Shown one piece after another: positions 7,571 through 16,877 of a stretch of DNA of 62,117 nucleotides (its first letter is position 1; each line of letters opens with the position of its first letter). Source of the stretch: Gemmatimonadales bacterium (lineage in GTDB: Bacteria; Gemmatimonadota; Gemmatimonadetes; Gemmatimonadales; GWC2-71-9). Position numbers and translations under genes: made by a program. The DNA lies in NCBI GenBank assembly GCA_013694695.1, contig JACDBX010000111.1, positions 1 through 62,117 on the forward strand. Direction: 5' to 3'. The notes below the pieces were generated by a model. The model had not been told where the DNA came from and made no database searches. It worked only from the letters and a program-made list of their open reading frames with translations.

Positions 7571-10416
7571 CCCAGCACCCGCGCGAGGAAACGTCCGGTA
7601 TGACTCGCCGCAACCTCCGCCACCTCTTCCGGGGTGCCCTCGGCGAGAATGGCCCCACCACGAACGCCGCCGTCCGGCCCGAGATCGATCACCCAGTCGG
7701 CGGTTTTGAGCACATCGAGATTGTGTTCGATCACGATCACGCTGTTCCCCTTCCCGACAAGTCGGTGGAGCACGTCGAGCAGGAGTCGCACATCCTCGAA
7801 GTGCAGCCCCGTGGTCGGCTCGTCGAGGATGTAGAGCGTGCGGCCGGTGTCCCGCTTCGAGAGCTCGGTGGCGAGCTTGACGCGCTGCGCCTCGCCACCA
7901 GAGAGCGTCGTGGCGGCCTGGCCGAGATGCAGGTACCCGAGTCCGACATCGTTGAGCAGCCCCAGCTTTTCGGCGATGCGTGTCTGCGCTGCGAAGAAGT
8001 CCATCGCCTCTGCGACAGTGAGCTCGAGCACGTCGGCGATGCTGCGACCCTTGTAGCGGACCTCGAGGGTCTCGCGGTTGTACCGCCTCCCCTTGCAGAC
8101 ATCGCACGGCACGTACACGTCGGGAAGGAAGTGCATCTCGATCTTCACGAGACCGTCACCTTGGCACGCCTCGCACCGGCCACCCTTCACGTTGAACGAA
8201 AAGCGACCTGGGCCGTAGCCACGCATCTTCGCCTCGGGAAGCTGCGTGAACAGCTCGCGGATCGGCGTGAAGAGGCCGGTGTAGGTCGCGGGGTTCGATC
8301 GCGGCGTGCGCCCGATCGGGCTCTGGTCGATCTCGATCACCTTGTCGATGTGATCGATTCCCTCGATCCGCTTGTGCTCTCCGGGAATCACCTTGGCACG
8401 ATAGAACTGCCGAGCCAGCGACTTATAGAGGATGTCGGTGACCAGTGTCGACTTGCCGGAACCCGATACGCCGGTCACCGCGACGAAGACGCCAAGTGGT
8501 ACGTCGACGGTGATGTTCCGGAGGTTGTTGGCCTTGGCACCAACGATCCGGAGCATCCGTGCGGGATCAACGGGGCGCCGCACGGGAGGAACGGCGATGC
8601 GGAGTTCACCGCGCAGATAACGGGCGGTGAGCGAGTCGGGATGCTTGAGCACCTCGGCCACCGTGCCCTCGGCCACGACCTCGCCGCCAAAGCGACCAGC
8701 GCGGGGCCCGAGGTCGATCAGGTGGTCGGCCGCGCGGATGGTGTCTTCGTCGTGCTCCACCACGATGACCGTGTTGCCCAGGTCACGCAGCCCGCGGAGG
8801 GTGTCGAGCAGCCGCTCATTGTCACGCTGGTGCAGGCCGATGCTCGGTTCGTCGAGGATGTACAACACACCCACGAGTCGCGACCCGATCTGGGTTGCGA
8901 GCCGGATCCGTTGCGCCTCGCCGCCTGACAACGACCCCGCAGGTCGTCCCAGGGTGAGGTACTCCAGGCCCACGTCGCGCAGGAACCGCAACCGCTCGAC
9001 GACTTCCTTGAGAATCGGGCCCGCGATGTCGGGATCAATCGCGCCCGCGCGGCCGCGGCCGACCGGGATCGATTCGAAGAACGTGGTGGCATCCTCGACA
9101 GCGAGTTCGACCACATCGCCGATGCTCTCGCCGTGAATCAGCACCGCGAGCGATTCCGCCTTGAGCCGCTTGCCCCCACACACGATGCACGGCTGCTCGA
9201 TCATGTAGCCCTCGAGGCTGTGCCGCACCGCGTCACTCGACGAGTCTTTCCACCGACGCCGGAGGTTCTGCAGTACGCCTTCCCACTCGCCCTCGACCGC
9301 ACGCCCCTTCCCGCCGTCGGCCACGTACGTCACGCGCTTTCCCGGTGCACCGAGGAGGAGGATCTTGCGGGCCGCCGCCGGGATGTCCTCCCACGCGTCG
9401 TGCAGGTTGAAGCCGAAGGTGCGGGCCAGCGTGGGGAGCACGACCTTGCGGAGATAACCGCTGGGCTCTCCCCATGGCAGGACCACGCCCTCGAGGATCG
9501 AGATGCTCGGGTCGCCGAGGACGAGGTCGGCGTTCGGAACGCGCGAGGTGCCCACGCCGTGGCATTCCTCGCACGCGCCGAACGGCGAGTTGAACGAGAA
9601 CTGTCGCGGTTCGAGTTCGGGAAGTGAAAGGCCGCAGGTCGGGCACGCGAAACGTTCCGAGAACATCCGGGTCTCGACTTCCTTGCTCTTGCCCGCGCCG
9701 TGTCGGACCACCTCGACCACGCCGTCAGCCACCCGGAGCGCGGTCTCGACCGAGTCGACGAGCCGGCTCCGCTCCGACTCACGCACCACGAGGCGATCAA
9801 CCACCACTGCGATGTCATGGTTCTGGCGACGGTTGAGTTTCGGAACCGCGCCGAGGTCGTGGGTCTCGCCATCGACCCGTACCCGGGCGTATCCCTGCTT
9901 GCGAAGGTCCTCGAAGAGGTCGCGGAACTCGCCCTTCCGACCGCGGACCATCGGCCCCATGACCTCGATCCGTGTGCCCTCGGGCCAGCCGAGCAGCGTG
10001 TCGGCAATCTGCCCCGCACTCGATCGGGTGATCGGCGTGCCATCGTCGGGGCAGTGCGGCACGCCGGCCCGCGCCCAGAGAAGGCGCATGTAGTCGTACA
10101 CCTCAGTGACGGTGCCGACGGTCGAGCGTGGATTGTGTGCCGTGGACTTCTGCTCGATCGAGATCGCCGGCGAGAGTCCCTCGATCGCATCGACGTCGGG
10201 CTTCTCCATCAATCCCAGGAACTGCCGGGCATACGCTGACAGCGATTCGACGTAGCGTCGTTGACCCTCGGCGTAAATCGTGTCGAAGGCGAGCGACGAC
10301 TTGCCGGATCCCGACAGCCCCGTGATAACGGTGAGGGCATTGCGCGGGATCCGCACGGTCACGTTCCGCAAGTTGTGCTCGCGGGCTCCCCGGACGATCA
10401 GGTACTCTTCGGCCAT
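7567..10416 (-). CDS. uvrA: excinuclease ABC subunit A
   Basis: 949 aa from [19 protein letters not shown]. Two ABC ATPase modules ([18 protein letters not shown]) and zinc-finger cysteines. Confidence 0.97.
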   Translation of the reverse strand: MAEEYLIVRGAREHNLRNVTVRIPRNALTVITGLSGSGKSSLAFDTIYAEGQRRYVESLSAYARQFLGLMEKPDVDAIEGLSPAISIEQKSTAHNPRSTVGTVTEVYDYMRLLWARAGVPHCPDDGTPITRSSAGQIADTLLGWPEGTRIEVMGPMVRGRKGEFRDLFEDLRKQGYARVRVDGETHDLGAVPKLNRRQNHDIAVVVDRLVVRESERSRLVDSVETALRVADGVVEVVRHGAGKSKEVETRMFSERFACPTCGLSLPELEPRQFSFNSPFGACEECHGVGTSRVPNADLVLGDPSISILEGVVLPWGEPSGYLRKVVLPTLARTFGFNLHDAWEDIPAAARKILLLGAPGKRVTYVADGGKGRAVEGEWEGVLQNLRRRWKDSSSDAVRHSLEGYMIEQPCIVCGGKRLKAESLAVLIHGESIGDVVELAVEDATTFFESIPVGRGRAGAIDPDIAGPILKEVVERLRFLRDVGLEYLTLGRPAGSLSGGEAQRIRLATQIGSRLVGVLYILDEPSIGLHQRDNERLLDTLRGLRDLGNTVIVVEHDEDTIRAADHLIDLGPRAGRFGGEVVAEGTVAEVLKHPDSLTARYLRGELRIAVPPVRRPVDPARMLRIVGAKANNLRNITVDVPLGVFVAVTGVSGSGKSTLVTDILYKSLARQFYRAKVIPGEHKRIEGIDHIDKVIEIDQSPIGRTPRSNPATYTGLFTPIRELFTQLPEAKMRGYGPGRFSFNVKGGRCEACQGDGLVKIEMHFLPDVYVPCDVCKGRRYNRETLEVRYKGRSIADVLELTVAEAMDFFAAQTRIAEKLGLLNDVGLGYLHLGQAATTLSGGEAQRVKLATELSKRDTGRTLYILDEPTTGLHFEDVRLLLDVLHRLVGKGNSVIVIEHNLDVLKTADWVIDLGPDGGVRGGAILAEGTPEEVAEVAASHTGRFLARVLG

Positions 10417-10498
10417 AGCCCGGAAGAGTAAGGTCAACGGGGAACGTGGAGCAACGCGGAAACCCCGGATCGGCCCGTTGCTTGCTATCGTTGGGCCC

Positions 10499-12049
10499 AT
10501 GAGCTCCTACCGGCCCACCCTTCGCGCCCTCGCGGCGGTCGCCGTGCTCACGGCATGGGGAGGAAGCCTGACGTGGCTGGGCCTGCGCCGCCTCGACGCG
10601 GGGGCCACCCCCGATCTCTCGCTCCTCGCATCGCGCCGCCTTGCGCCGGGCGAGGCGCGCTTTGCCGTCCAGATCGGCGACGTCCAGATCGGTAGCGGCG
10701 GGCTCACCCTCGACACCCTCTCCCCGGGGTATCGAATCGTCGAGACGCTGACTCTCGAAACCCGTGGTGACACGGCGCTCTCCCGGGCGCTTCGGATGAC
10801 AGAGACGGAACTGGCTCCCGACCTGACCTTGCGCCAGGTGCGGAGCCGATTCGTGCGCCCCGGACTCTCGCAATCGGGACTCGGACGATATGCCGACGGG
10901 CGCCTCACGTTCCGGTACGACAGTGGGGGCACCGGGAGTGCGGTGCTGGATTCCACCACACCCGCCGTCCCGATCGTGGCGCTCGCTTACCAACTCGCTA
11001 TCCGGGGCGAATTGCGCATCGGGCGGAACGGGAGGGACCTCACCACCGGTGGGTGGCCGAGCGTCGCACGCAATGCATCCTGGAAAGTGACGGGTGACAC
11101 CACGCTCGTCTTCCCCGACAGCGCCGAGTTCGACCCTCGGACACTCCGATGGAAGGCCGTCCACTGGGACACAGCCCGAGTGGTGCGAATGGTCGTTACC
11201 GCCCCGACCGGTCCGTACACCGCATGGGTCGAGCAGAATGGCACGCTGGCGGGCATCGAATACCCGCTCGGCACTCGCTGGATCCGTACCGACTTCAACC
11301 TGGCTGTGTCGGCCTTTCGGCGGACACTTGATTCGGGGCGAGACGCGATTCGCTCTGTGCTGCCGCTGATGGAGCCGTATGCGACATCGGTGGTGCGGCG
11401 TGATACGGCAACCACGGAGCGACGCTTCCTGGTCACCCGCGCCTCGTCGCGGGAAATAGACCTTGCGGCGCTGGCGCAGCTTGCGGGAGCGCGACAACGC
11501 GTGTCGCACGACACCCTGTCGATCGGGCCGACGACATTCGCCGACGGCCTCACCCCGACCAGCGACGTGGCGACCGACCCGCTGGTGCAGCGTGATGCTG
11601 CACCCCTGGTGGCGCTGGCCCGGGACGTCTCCCGTTCAGGTGACCGCGCGGCGATCGTGGCGCGGCTGGCGAACGTCGTGGCTGCGAAGGTTGCGCTGGA
11701 CACTGCTTATGGCGCACCGGTCGACGCGCTCGGATGCCTCCATGCACGGCGCTGCCGCCCCGATGGCATTGCCCGGCTCTTTGTCGCGGTTGCGCGGGAG
11801 CTCGGGATCCCGGCACGGTACGTCGTCGGGTTCGCCGCGATTCCCGGCGGCGTGGCGACTCACGCCTGGTCGGAGGTCTGGTACGATGGCGGAGCGGGAT
11901 GGGTGGCGGTCGACCCCGTCATGGGCCGCGCCGTTGCCAGTACCGCGCTCGTTCGGATCGGATTCGGCGGATCCAGTCATCCCGAGGAACTGCTCACGAG
12001 CCTTGCCGATGTACGGCTCATCCCCCTGCCGGACGTGAGGACGCCGTGA
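10499..12049 (+). CDS. transglutaminase-like domain protein with N-terminal membrane anchor/signal
   Basis: 516 aa from ATG 10499. Hydrophobic N-terminus. C-terminal transglutaminase core pattern ([29 protein letters not shown] ... HAWSEVWY ... WVAVDP). Confidence 0.75.
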   Translation: MSSYRPTLRALAAVAVLTAWGGSLTWLGLRRLDAGATPDLSLLASRRLAPGEARFAVQIGDVQIGSGGLTLDTLSPGYRIVETLTLETRGDTALSRALRMTETELAPDLTLRQVRSRFVRPGLSQSGLGRYADGRLTFRYDSGGTGSAVLDSTTPAVPIVALAYQLAIRGELRIGRNGRDLTTGGWPSVARNASWKVTGDTTLVFPDSAEFDPRTLRWKAVHWDTARVVRMVVTAPTGPYTAWVEQNGTLAGIEYPLGTRWIRTDFNLAVSAFRRTLDSGRDAIRSVLPLMEPYATSVVRRDTATTERRFLVTRASSREIDLAALAQLAGARQRVSHDTLSIGPTTFADGLTPTSDVATDPLVQRDAAPLVALARDVSRSGDRAAIVARLANVVAAKVALDTAYGAPVDALGCLHARRCRPDGIARLFVAVARELGIPARYVVGFAAIPGGVATHAWSEVWYDGGAGWVAVDPVMGRAVASTALVRIGFGGSSHPEELLTSLADVRLIPLPDVRTP

Positions 12050-12801
12050 TCCGACTGCGCCAGGTGAAGAAGATGTACGGCAACTTTGCGGCGGTGCACG
12101 GGCTTGACCTGCACATTCGCCGCGGCGAGCTCTTCGGCCTGCTCGGCCCAAATGGCGCTGGCAAGACCACCACGATGCGGATGATCGCCGGGATCGTGGC
12201 CCCCTCCGGGGGCACGGTCGAGGTGGGCGGGATCGACATTTTCCGCGAACCGATGCGAGCCAAGGCGATGCTCGGCTTCATCCCCGATCGGCCATTCGTG
12301 TACGACAAGCTCACCGGCGCCGAGTTCCTGCGGTTCAACGCAGGGTTGTACGGGCAGGAGGGGCCGAAGGTAGAGTCGCTGATCGACGAACTGCTAGACC
12401 TCTTCGAGCTCTCGCGCTGGAAGGACGAGCTCACCGAGTCGTACAGCCATGGCATGAGGCAGAAGCTGATCATCTCGGGCGCATTCGTGCACCGACCGGA
12501 AGTCATCGTGGTCGACGAGCCGATGGTGGGCCTCGACCCGAAGAGTGCACGGCTGCTCAAGATTCTGTTCCGTCGTTTCGTCGAGCGGGGAGGCACCGTG
12601 CTGATGAGCACCCACACACTCGAGATCGTCGAGGGGTTCTGTGACCGGGTGGGAATCATCCGTCAGGGTGAACTCGCCGCGTGCGGCACGATGGACGAGC
12701 TGCGCCAAGACGCGGCCTCCGCGGGCGCCGGACTGGAGGAGCTCTTCCTTCGCCTGACCGGCGAGCATGTCGAGCCGGATCTCGATGCCATCATCGGTTG
12801 A
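12046..12801 (+). CDS. ABC transporter ATP-binding protein (ABC-2/DrrA-like)
   Basis: The GTG start overlaps the upstream stop (GTGA). Walker A GPNGAGKTT, signature SHGMRQK, Walker B IVVDEP. Confidence 0.9.
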   Translation: MIRLRQVKKMYGNFAAVHGLDLHIRRGELFGLLGPNGAGKTTTMRMIAGIVAPSGGTVEVGGIDIFREPMRAKAMLGFIPDRPFVYDKLTGAEFLRFNAGLYGQEGPKVESLIDELLDLFELSRWKDELTESYSHGMRQKLIISGAFVHRPEVIVVDEPMVGLDPKSARLLKILFRRFVERGGTVLMSTHTLEIVEGFCDRVGIIRQGELAACGTMDELRQDAASAGAGLEELFLRLTGEHVEPDLDAIIG

Positions 12802-14497
12802 TTCGCGCCGCGAGCCGGGGGTGTTCCATATCCTCCGCCCGAAGCTGCTGAGCGCCCGCGCCCGGTTCCGCACCAATTCGGATCGCGCACCGCGCGGACG
12901 GAATGTCGTGCTTGGCCTCACCGCCCTCGTGGCGCTGGGCGCTGCGTTCGTCATCGCGTTCCGGCTGGTCTCGTACTTCAAGAACGTCCCGGAGATCGGC
13001 TCGCTGCTCGCGGGGAAGCTCCTGGGCGTCGCGTTCCTCGCATTCATGTCGATCCTGCTGCTATCCAACCTGGTGGCGGCACTTTCGACCTTCTTCCTCG
13101 CGCACGACCTCGACCTGCTCGTGGCCGCGCCGCTCGATTGGGGCCGGTTCTACCTCGCCAAGCTCGGCGAGACGGTGGTGCACTCGTCGTGGATGGTCGC
13201 CCTGCTCTCGGTACCGCTGCTCGCGGCGTACATGATCGTGTGGGATGGCGGATGGATGTTCCCGGTGGTGGCGATCAGTGCGCTGGTACCGCTGTTCGTG
13301 ATCCCCGGCGTGATCGGATCCGCCGTGACGCTGCTGCTGGTGAACATCTTTCCGGCCCGGCGCGCACGTGACCTGCTCGGACTGGTGACCATCCTGGCGG
13401 CCGGTGGCCTGGTGCTGCTGCTCCGGCTGGTGCAACCCGAGCAGCTGGCGCGCCCCGAGGGCTTCGCCTCGCTGGTTGACTTCATCTCGGTGCTGCGCAC
13501 GCCTTCGCACCCGCTGCTGCCGAGCGAGTGGGCGAGTTCGATGCTGATGAACTGGCTCACCCGGATTGCCGACCCGCTGCCGATCCTCCTGCTCTGGACC
13601 ACTGCAGGTGCGTTCGTCGTGATCGGTGCCGCGCTCCACCGTCGTCTTTACGTCGCCGGCTTTGCGAAGGCGCAGGAAGGTCGCAATGAGGGCGTCCGCA
13701 GCGGCCCGATGGGATGGATAGGGCGCCACTCGCTCGGGTGGCTGCGGGTCACGACCCGGGAGTTCGTGCTCAAGGACATCCGCATCTTCTTCCGCGACAG
13801 CACCCAATGGAGCCAGTTGATCCTGCTGGCAGTGCTCATTGCGGTGTACCTGTTCAACATCCGCGCGCTGCCGCTCTTCACCGGCGAGCAGGTCCCGGTG
13901 TTCCTCGTGACCCTGATCGCGTTCCTCAACCAGGGCCTGGCCGGTTTCGTGATCGCCGCCGTGGCGGCGCGGTTCGTCTTCCCCGCGATCTCGCTGGAGG
14001 GGCGCCAGTTGTGGCTGCTGCGTTCGTCGCCGCTTGACCCGCGCGCGATGCTGCGCAGCAAGTACTGGGTGGGGATGGTGCCGCTCATCATCCTCGCCCT
14101 GATCCTGACAGTGACCACCAACAGCATCCTGCGGGCGAGCGGATTCATGATGGCCGTGAGCGTCGGGACCGTGCTGGCGTACACCCTCGCGGTCGGCGGT
14201 CTCGCGCTTGGCACTGGCACCCTTTATCCGCAGTACGACACCGAAAACGCCGCCCAGATCCCGACATCGTTCGGGGGCCTGATCTTCATGCTGCTCGCCA
14301 TCGCGCTGCTCGCCGCGGTGATCGTGCTCGAGGCAGTCCCCGTCACCAGCTACCTGCGCGCGCGGCAGTCGCGTGCCGAGTGGTCGCCGTCGGTGTTTGA
14401 CGTGGCAGCCTTTGTCGCGGCGGGCGCGTGCTGCATTGCCGCGACCTGGATCCCGATCCGCCTCGCAGCCGCCCGACTCGACGAACTGGAGACCTGA
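12767..14497 (+). CDS. large multi-pass ABC exporter permease (putative ABC exporter family)
   Basis: 576-aa ORF with more than 10 hydrophobic helices directly after the ATPase. The start is uncertain (ATG 12767 or ATG 12785). Confidence 0.8.
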   Translation: MSSRISMPSSVDSRREPGVFHILRPKLLSARARFRTNSDRAPRGRNVVLGLTALVALGAAFVIAFRLVSYFKNVPEIGSLLAGKLLGVAFLAFMSILLLSNLVAALSTFFLAHDLDLLVAAPLDWGRFYLAKLGETVVHSSWMVALLSVPLLAAYMIVWDGGWMFPVVAISALVPLFVIPGVIGSAVTLLLVNIFPARRARDLLGLVTILAAGGLVLLLRLVQPEQLARPEGFASLVDFISVLRTPSHPLLPSEWASSMLMNWLTRIADPLPILLLWTTAGAFVVIGAALHRRLYVAGFAKAQEGRNEGVRSGPMGWIGRHSLGWLRVTTREFVLKDIRIFFRDSTQWSQLILLAVLIAVYLFNIRALPLFTGEQVPVFLVTLIAFLNQGLAGFVIAAVAARFVFPAISLEGRQLWLLRSSPLDPRAMLRSKYWVGMVPLIILALILTVTTNSILRASGFMMAVSVGTVLAYTLAVGGLALGTGTLYPQYDTENAAQIPTSFGGLIFMLLAIALLAAVIVLEAVPVTSYLRARQSRAEWSPSVFDVAAFVAAGACCIAATWIPIRLAAARLDELET

Positions 14498-14550
14498 CGC
14501 GCGTTCCTGCGTCCCGCCTCGCACGCCCACGATCCAGCCCGCTCGCTGCA

Positions 14551-14621
14551 CACCCCCGATGATGGCCCTGCGTACCGGACGCGTCCGCCCGGCTCGCACG
14601 GTTCATCCATCATCGGGGGTG
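14551..14621 (+). promoter_or_regulatory. perfect 15-bp inverted repeat (CACCCCCGATGATGG ... CCATCATCGGGGGTG) whose 3' arm contains the ribosome-binding site of the downstream lipoprotein gene
   Basis: Arms at 14551-14565 and 14607-14621, with a 41-nt loop containing the 12-nt palindrome CGGACGCGTCCG (14576-14587). The GGGGG of the 3' arm lies 5-10 nt upstream of the ATG at 14626. Confidence 0.5.
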
Positions 14622-14625
14622 CTTC

Positions 14626-15846
14626 ATGTCTCGCTGGTCGTTGCCGATTCTCCTCCTCGCGTTGGCCACTGCGTGTGCCGACCGCGACCTTCCATCCACC
14701 GCAGTGCCGCCGGCCGATGCCGCGCCTGCCGGTACCAGTGCCGCCGCCGCGCGCGAGCGTCTTGCCGAGCGACTCGCGATCGCGCTCCGCGACCCGGCCA
14801 CTCGCGCGGCGCTGAAGCAGAAGCTCGATCGCTCCCGGGCACCGGAGCACAAGCTGCAGTTCCAGGCGCTCGCGCGAGCGGAAGCGGCGAAGCTGCTCGC
14901 CTCCCTCGCCACAGGCAGCACCAGCATCGACGCGGTGCTGGCCGACCTCGACCAGGCGCGGCACCTCGAGTTGTACCTGCCGGTAGAATCCCACCGGGCA
15001 GCCTGGCAGGGCGACGAACAGTTCCTGGTCGCCACCGCAGCAGCCGATGGGGAAGCGCCGGTCGCGTTTGACACCCGCGGGGTGCGCCACCGCCTCGATC
15101 CCGCGACTCCCCCAACCATGCCGGTACTCGCACTGGTTCCCCAGGAGACAGACTTCACCGGTGGGCGGCCGCACCTCCAGATGTCATGCTGGGACTATTG
15201 CGGGGGTGGTGATGCCGGAGGCGGTGGCGGCGGGGGCGGGAGCTGGACCCCACGCGTGACGGTTCCTGGCCTCTACCTCACCACCAGCCACTTCGAGGAG
15301 ACGTTCGAAAGCTGGATCAAGGGGAACCCGGAATTCGAGTACCACGTGTATGGCGACGATGCGTCGGGGAACGCGGTCCAGCTCGCGTGCACTGGCGAGC
15401 ACAGCGGTGGAATGTACGCCTTCGACCAGAATGACCCCGACTGGAGCGGATCAGCGCTGCTGATCTCCGACGCCGAGCGGCAGACGTATGAACAGCGGGC
15501 GCCCGGGAAGCCGATCCGGATCATCGCGATGGAGGATGATGACGAAGCGTGCGTCGCACGCGTCGATGTGCAGCGGACCATGGACCTCATCCAGGCGATC
15601 GACGCGTTCTACAAGGCGTACACGAGCGGGAAGCTCGACCCGACGCTGTTCCGGGGGATCAAGGCAGCGCCATCGGCGTTCAACCTGCTCAAGGCCATGC
15701 GGAGTTGGCTCACCACGGCGGACGACTTCATCGGCACCGCTGTCGAGGTATCGGTCGCCGGGGGGGTGCCAGGTGGAGCCAACCTGGTGCTGAAAGGCGA
15801 GGGAACGAGGACGTTCGGTTGGTTCGGCACTGAATCCCGACGTTGA
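14626..15846 (+). CDS. uncharacterised lipoprotein with internal poly-glycine linker
   Basis: 406 aa. Signal peptide with lipobox LALATAC. Two domains separated by CGGGDAGGGGGGGGS. No family recognised. Confidence 0.7.
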   Translation: MSRWSLPILLLALATACADRDLPSTAVPPADAAPAGTSAAAARERLAERLAIALRDPATRAALKQKLDRSRAPEHKLQFQALARAEAAKLLASLATGSTSIDAVLADLDQARHLELYLPVESHRAAWQGDEQFLVATAAADGEAPVAFDTRGVRHRLDPATPPTMPVLALVPQETDFTGGRPHLQMSCWDYCGGGDAGGGGGGGGSWTPRVTVPGLYLTTSHFEETFESWIKGNPEFEYHVYGDDASGNAVQLACTGEHSGGMYAFDQNDPDWSGSALLISDAERQTYEQRAPGKPIRIIAMEDDDEACVARVDVQRTMDLIQAIDAFYKAYTSGKLDPTLFRGIKAAPSAFNLLKAMRSWLTTADDFIGTAVEVSVAGGVPGGANLVLKGEGTRTFGWFGTESRR

Positions 15847-15851
15847 CCACG

Positions 15852-15886
15852 GTGCGGTGCGTCAGCGTCGTGCTGGCGCACCGCAC
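15852..15886. terminator. 10-bp perfect GC-rich hairpin between convergent genes (no U-tract)
   Basis: GTGCGGTGCG (15852-15861) pairs with CGCACCGCAC (15877-15886), 15-nt loop. It starts 6 nt after the + gene stop and overlaps the 3' end of the - gene. Confidence 0.3.
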
Positions 15887-16278
15887 ATTGCGCAGAACGC
15901 AGCGTCGGCGGGCAATCGAGCGCCGCACTGCTCGCAGAACCCGTTCGCGCCATCGCTGATGGTCGCCACCCGTGCCGCAATCATCCCCTCGATCGCATCG
16001 CTCGCGGTGACGCCGGCGGGATCGGCCTCGATGGCCGTGACGGCGGCCTTCGTGTAGCGGGCATGCAGCTCGGCGAAGTCGTCATCGGACAGCTTGCCGG
16101 TTGCCTGGTCGAACTCGATTTCGCGAAGCGCCAGGAGGGCCCGTCCGCGGTCGGTTTCCTCCATGTCGGGGGGATCGTCCGGTTGCTCACTGGTGTTCCC
16201 CGGCAGCACCATGGGCTGCACGATCAGCCACAGCAGGGCAATCATCACCAGCACGGCGGCGATTGCCTCAGCGCCCAT
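15862..16278 (-). CDS. membrane-anchored zinc-ribbon protein, last gene of the ccm operon (CcmI-N-like?)
   Basis: 138 aa from ATG 16278 (TGATG overlap with the ccmH stop). N-terminal TM helix, LREIEFDQATGKLSDDDFAELHARY segment, C-terminal CEQCG...CAMCG zinc ribbon. Confidence 0.7.
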   Translation of the reverse strand: MGAEAIAAVLVMIALLWLIVQPMVLPGNTSEQPDDPPDMEETDRGRALLALREIEFDQATGKLSDDDFAELHARYTKAAVTAIEADPAGVTASDAIEGMIAARVATISDGANGFCEQCGARLPADAAFCAMCGAPARR

Positions 16279-16877
16279 CACGACTCCACGTCTTCGAGGG
16301 CGCGGCGCAACCGCTCCATCTGCTCCGCATCGGGAGCTGGCAGTGGAGGTGAAGTGACGGCGCCGGTGCCCGGCGAATCGGCCGCGACCGCCATCCGACG
16401 ACGGCTCAGCCAGGCGGCCAGACCGAGCGCCCCCGAGGCCATGACGAGTCCGGGAACGAGATAGCCGGCGAGGTTGAAGCCTCGCGCCGGCGGCGCCATC
16501 AGCATCGCCGGCCCCTCGCGGGCCACCAGTGCGGCCACCACGTCCTCGGGTGTCTGGCCGCCCTTGACCATCGCGATCACTTCTCGATGGAGCGCCGGCG
16601 AGAACGTGCACGAGAAATCGGTGGTCCGGCAGGTGTAGATGTCGAGCGTGCAGCCGCAGGTGCAGCGCAGGCGCCGCTCGATGCTGACCACCACCGGGTC
16701 GTTGTCGTACTCCGACGCTGGATCGCGCAGGCGGCCGAGCAGCGACGGATCCCGCAGCAGGTCGGCCTGCAGCGTATCCGGCGATGCACCACCCTCCTGC
16801 GCGCCGAGCGACCGAACCGCGACCGCAAATGGCAGCGCGCGCAGGGCGCCGCGCACGAGTGCCCGTCGATCGATCAT
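16278..16877 (-). CDS. ccmH: cytochrome c-type biogenesis protein, CcmH/NrfF family, non-canonical cysteine motif
   Basis: 199 aa from ATG 16877 (TGATG overlap with the ccmF stop). Signal-like N-terminus, RLRCTCGCTLDIYTC in place of LRCxxC, C-terminal TM helix. Confidence 0.7.
   Translation of the reverse strand: MIDRRALVRGALRALPFAVAVRSLGAQEGGASPDTLQADLLRDPSLLGRLRDPASEYDNDPVVVSIERRLRCTCGCTLDIYTCRTTDFSCTFSPALHREVIAMVKGGQTPEDVVAALVAREGPAMLMAPPARGFNLAGYLVPGLVMASGALGLAAWLSRRRMAVAADSPGTGAVTSPPLPAPDAEQMERLRRALEDVES

Noticed and set aside
7571-8107. N-terminal 179 codons of the 782-aa track ORF containing the kinase
   Set aside because: It overlaps the uvrA 3' end in another frame and is extremely Arg/Gly-rich. 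The kinase domain begins just after the TTG at 7570.
7237-8928. 563-aa plus-strand ORF
   Set aside because: It is antisense to uvrA, which is unambiguous. The composition is Arg/Gly/Pro-rich and no domain is recognisable.
10417-10498. SOS/LexA-type operator in the uvrA-transglutaminase divergent region
   Set aside because: No clear palindrome or known LexA-box consensus is visible in the 82-nt spacer.
12046-14497. ABC ATPase plus permease considered as the missing ccmA/ccmB/ccmC of the neighbouring ccm cluster
   Set aside because: These genes are on the opposite strand. The permease is a single about 570-aa protein with many helices, unlike CcmB or CcmC, and has no WWD motif. The ATPase is co-operonic with a transglutaminase-like gene.
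13061-14599. 512-aa minus-strand ORF
   Set aside because: It is antisense to the multi-pass ABC permease. The translation is a charged His/Arg/Glu/Gly-rich string with no domains.
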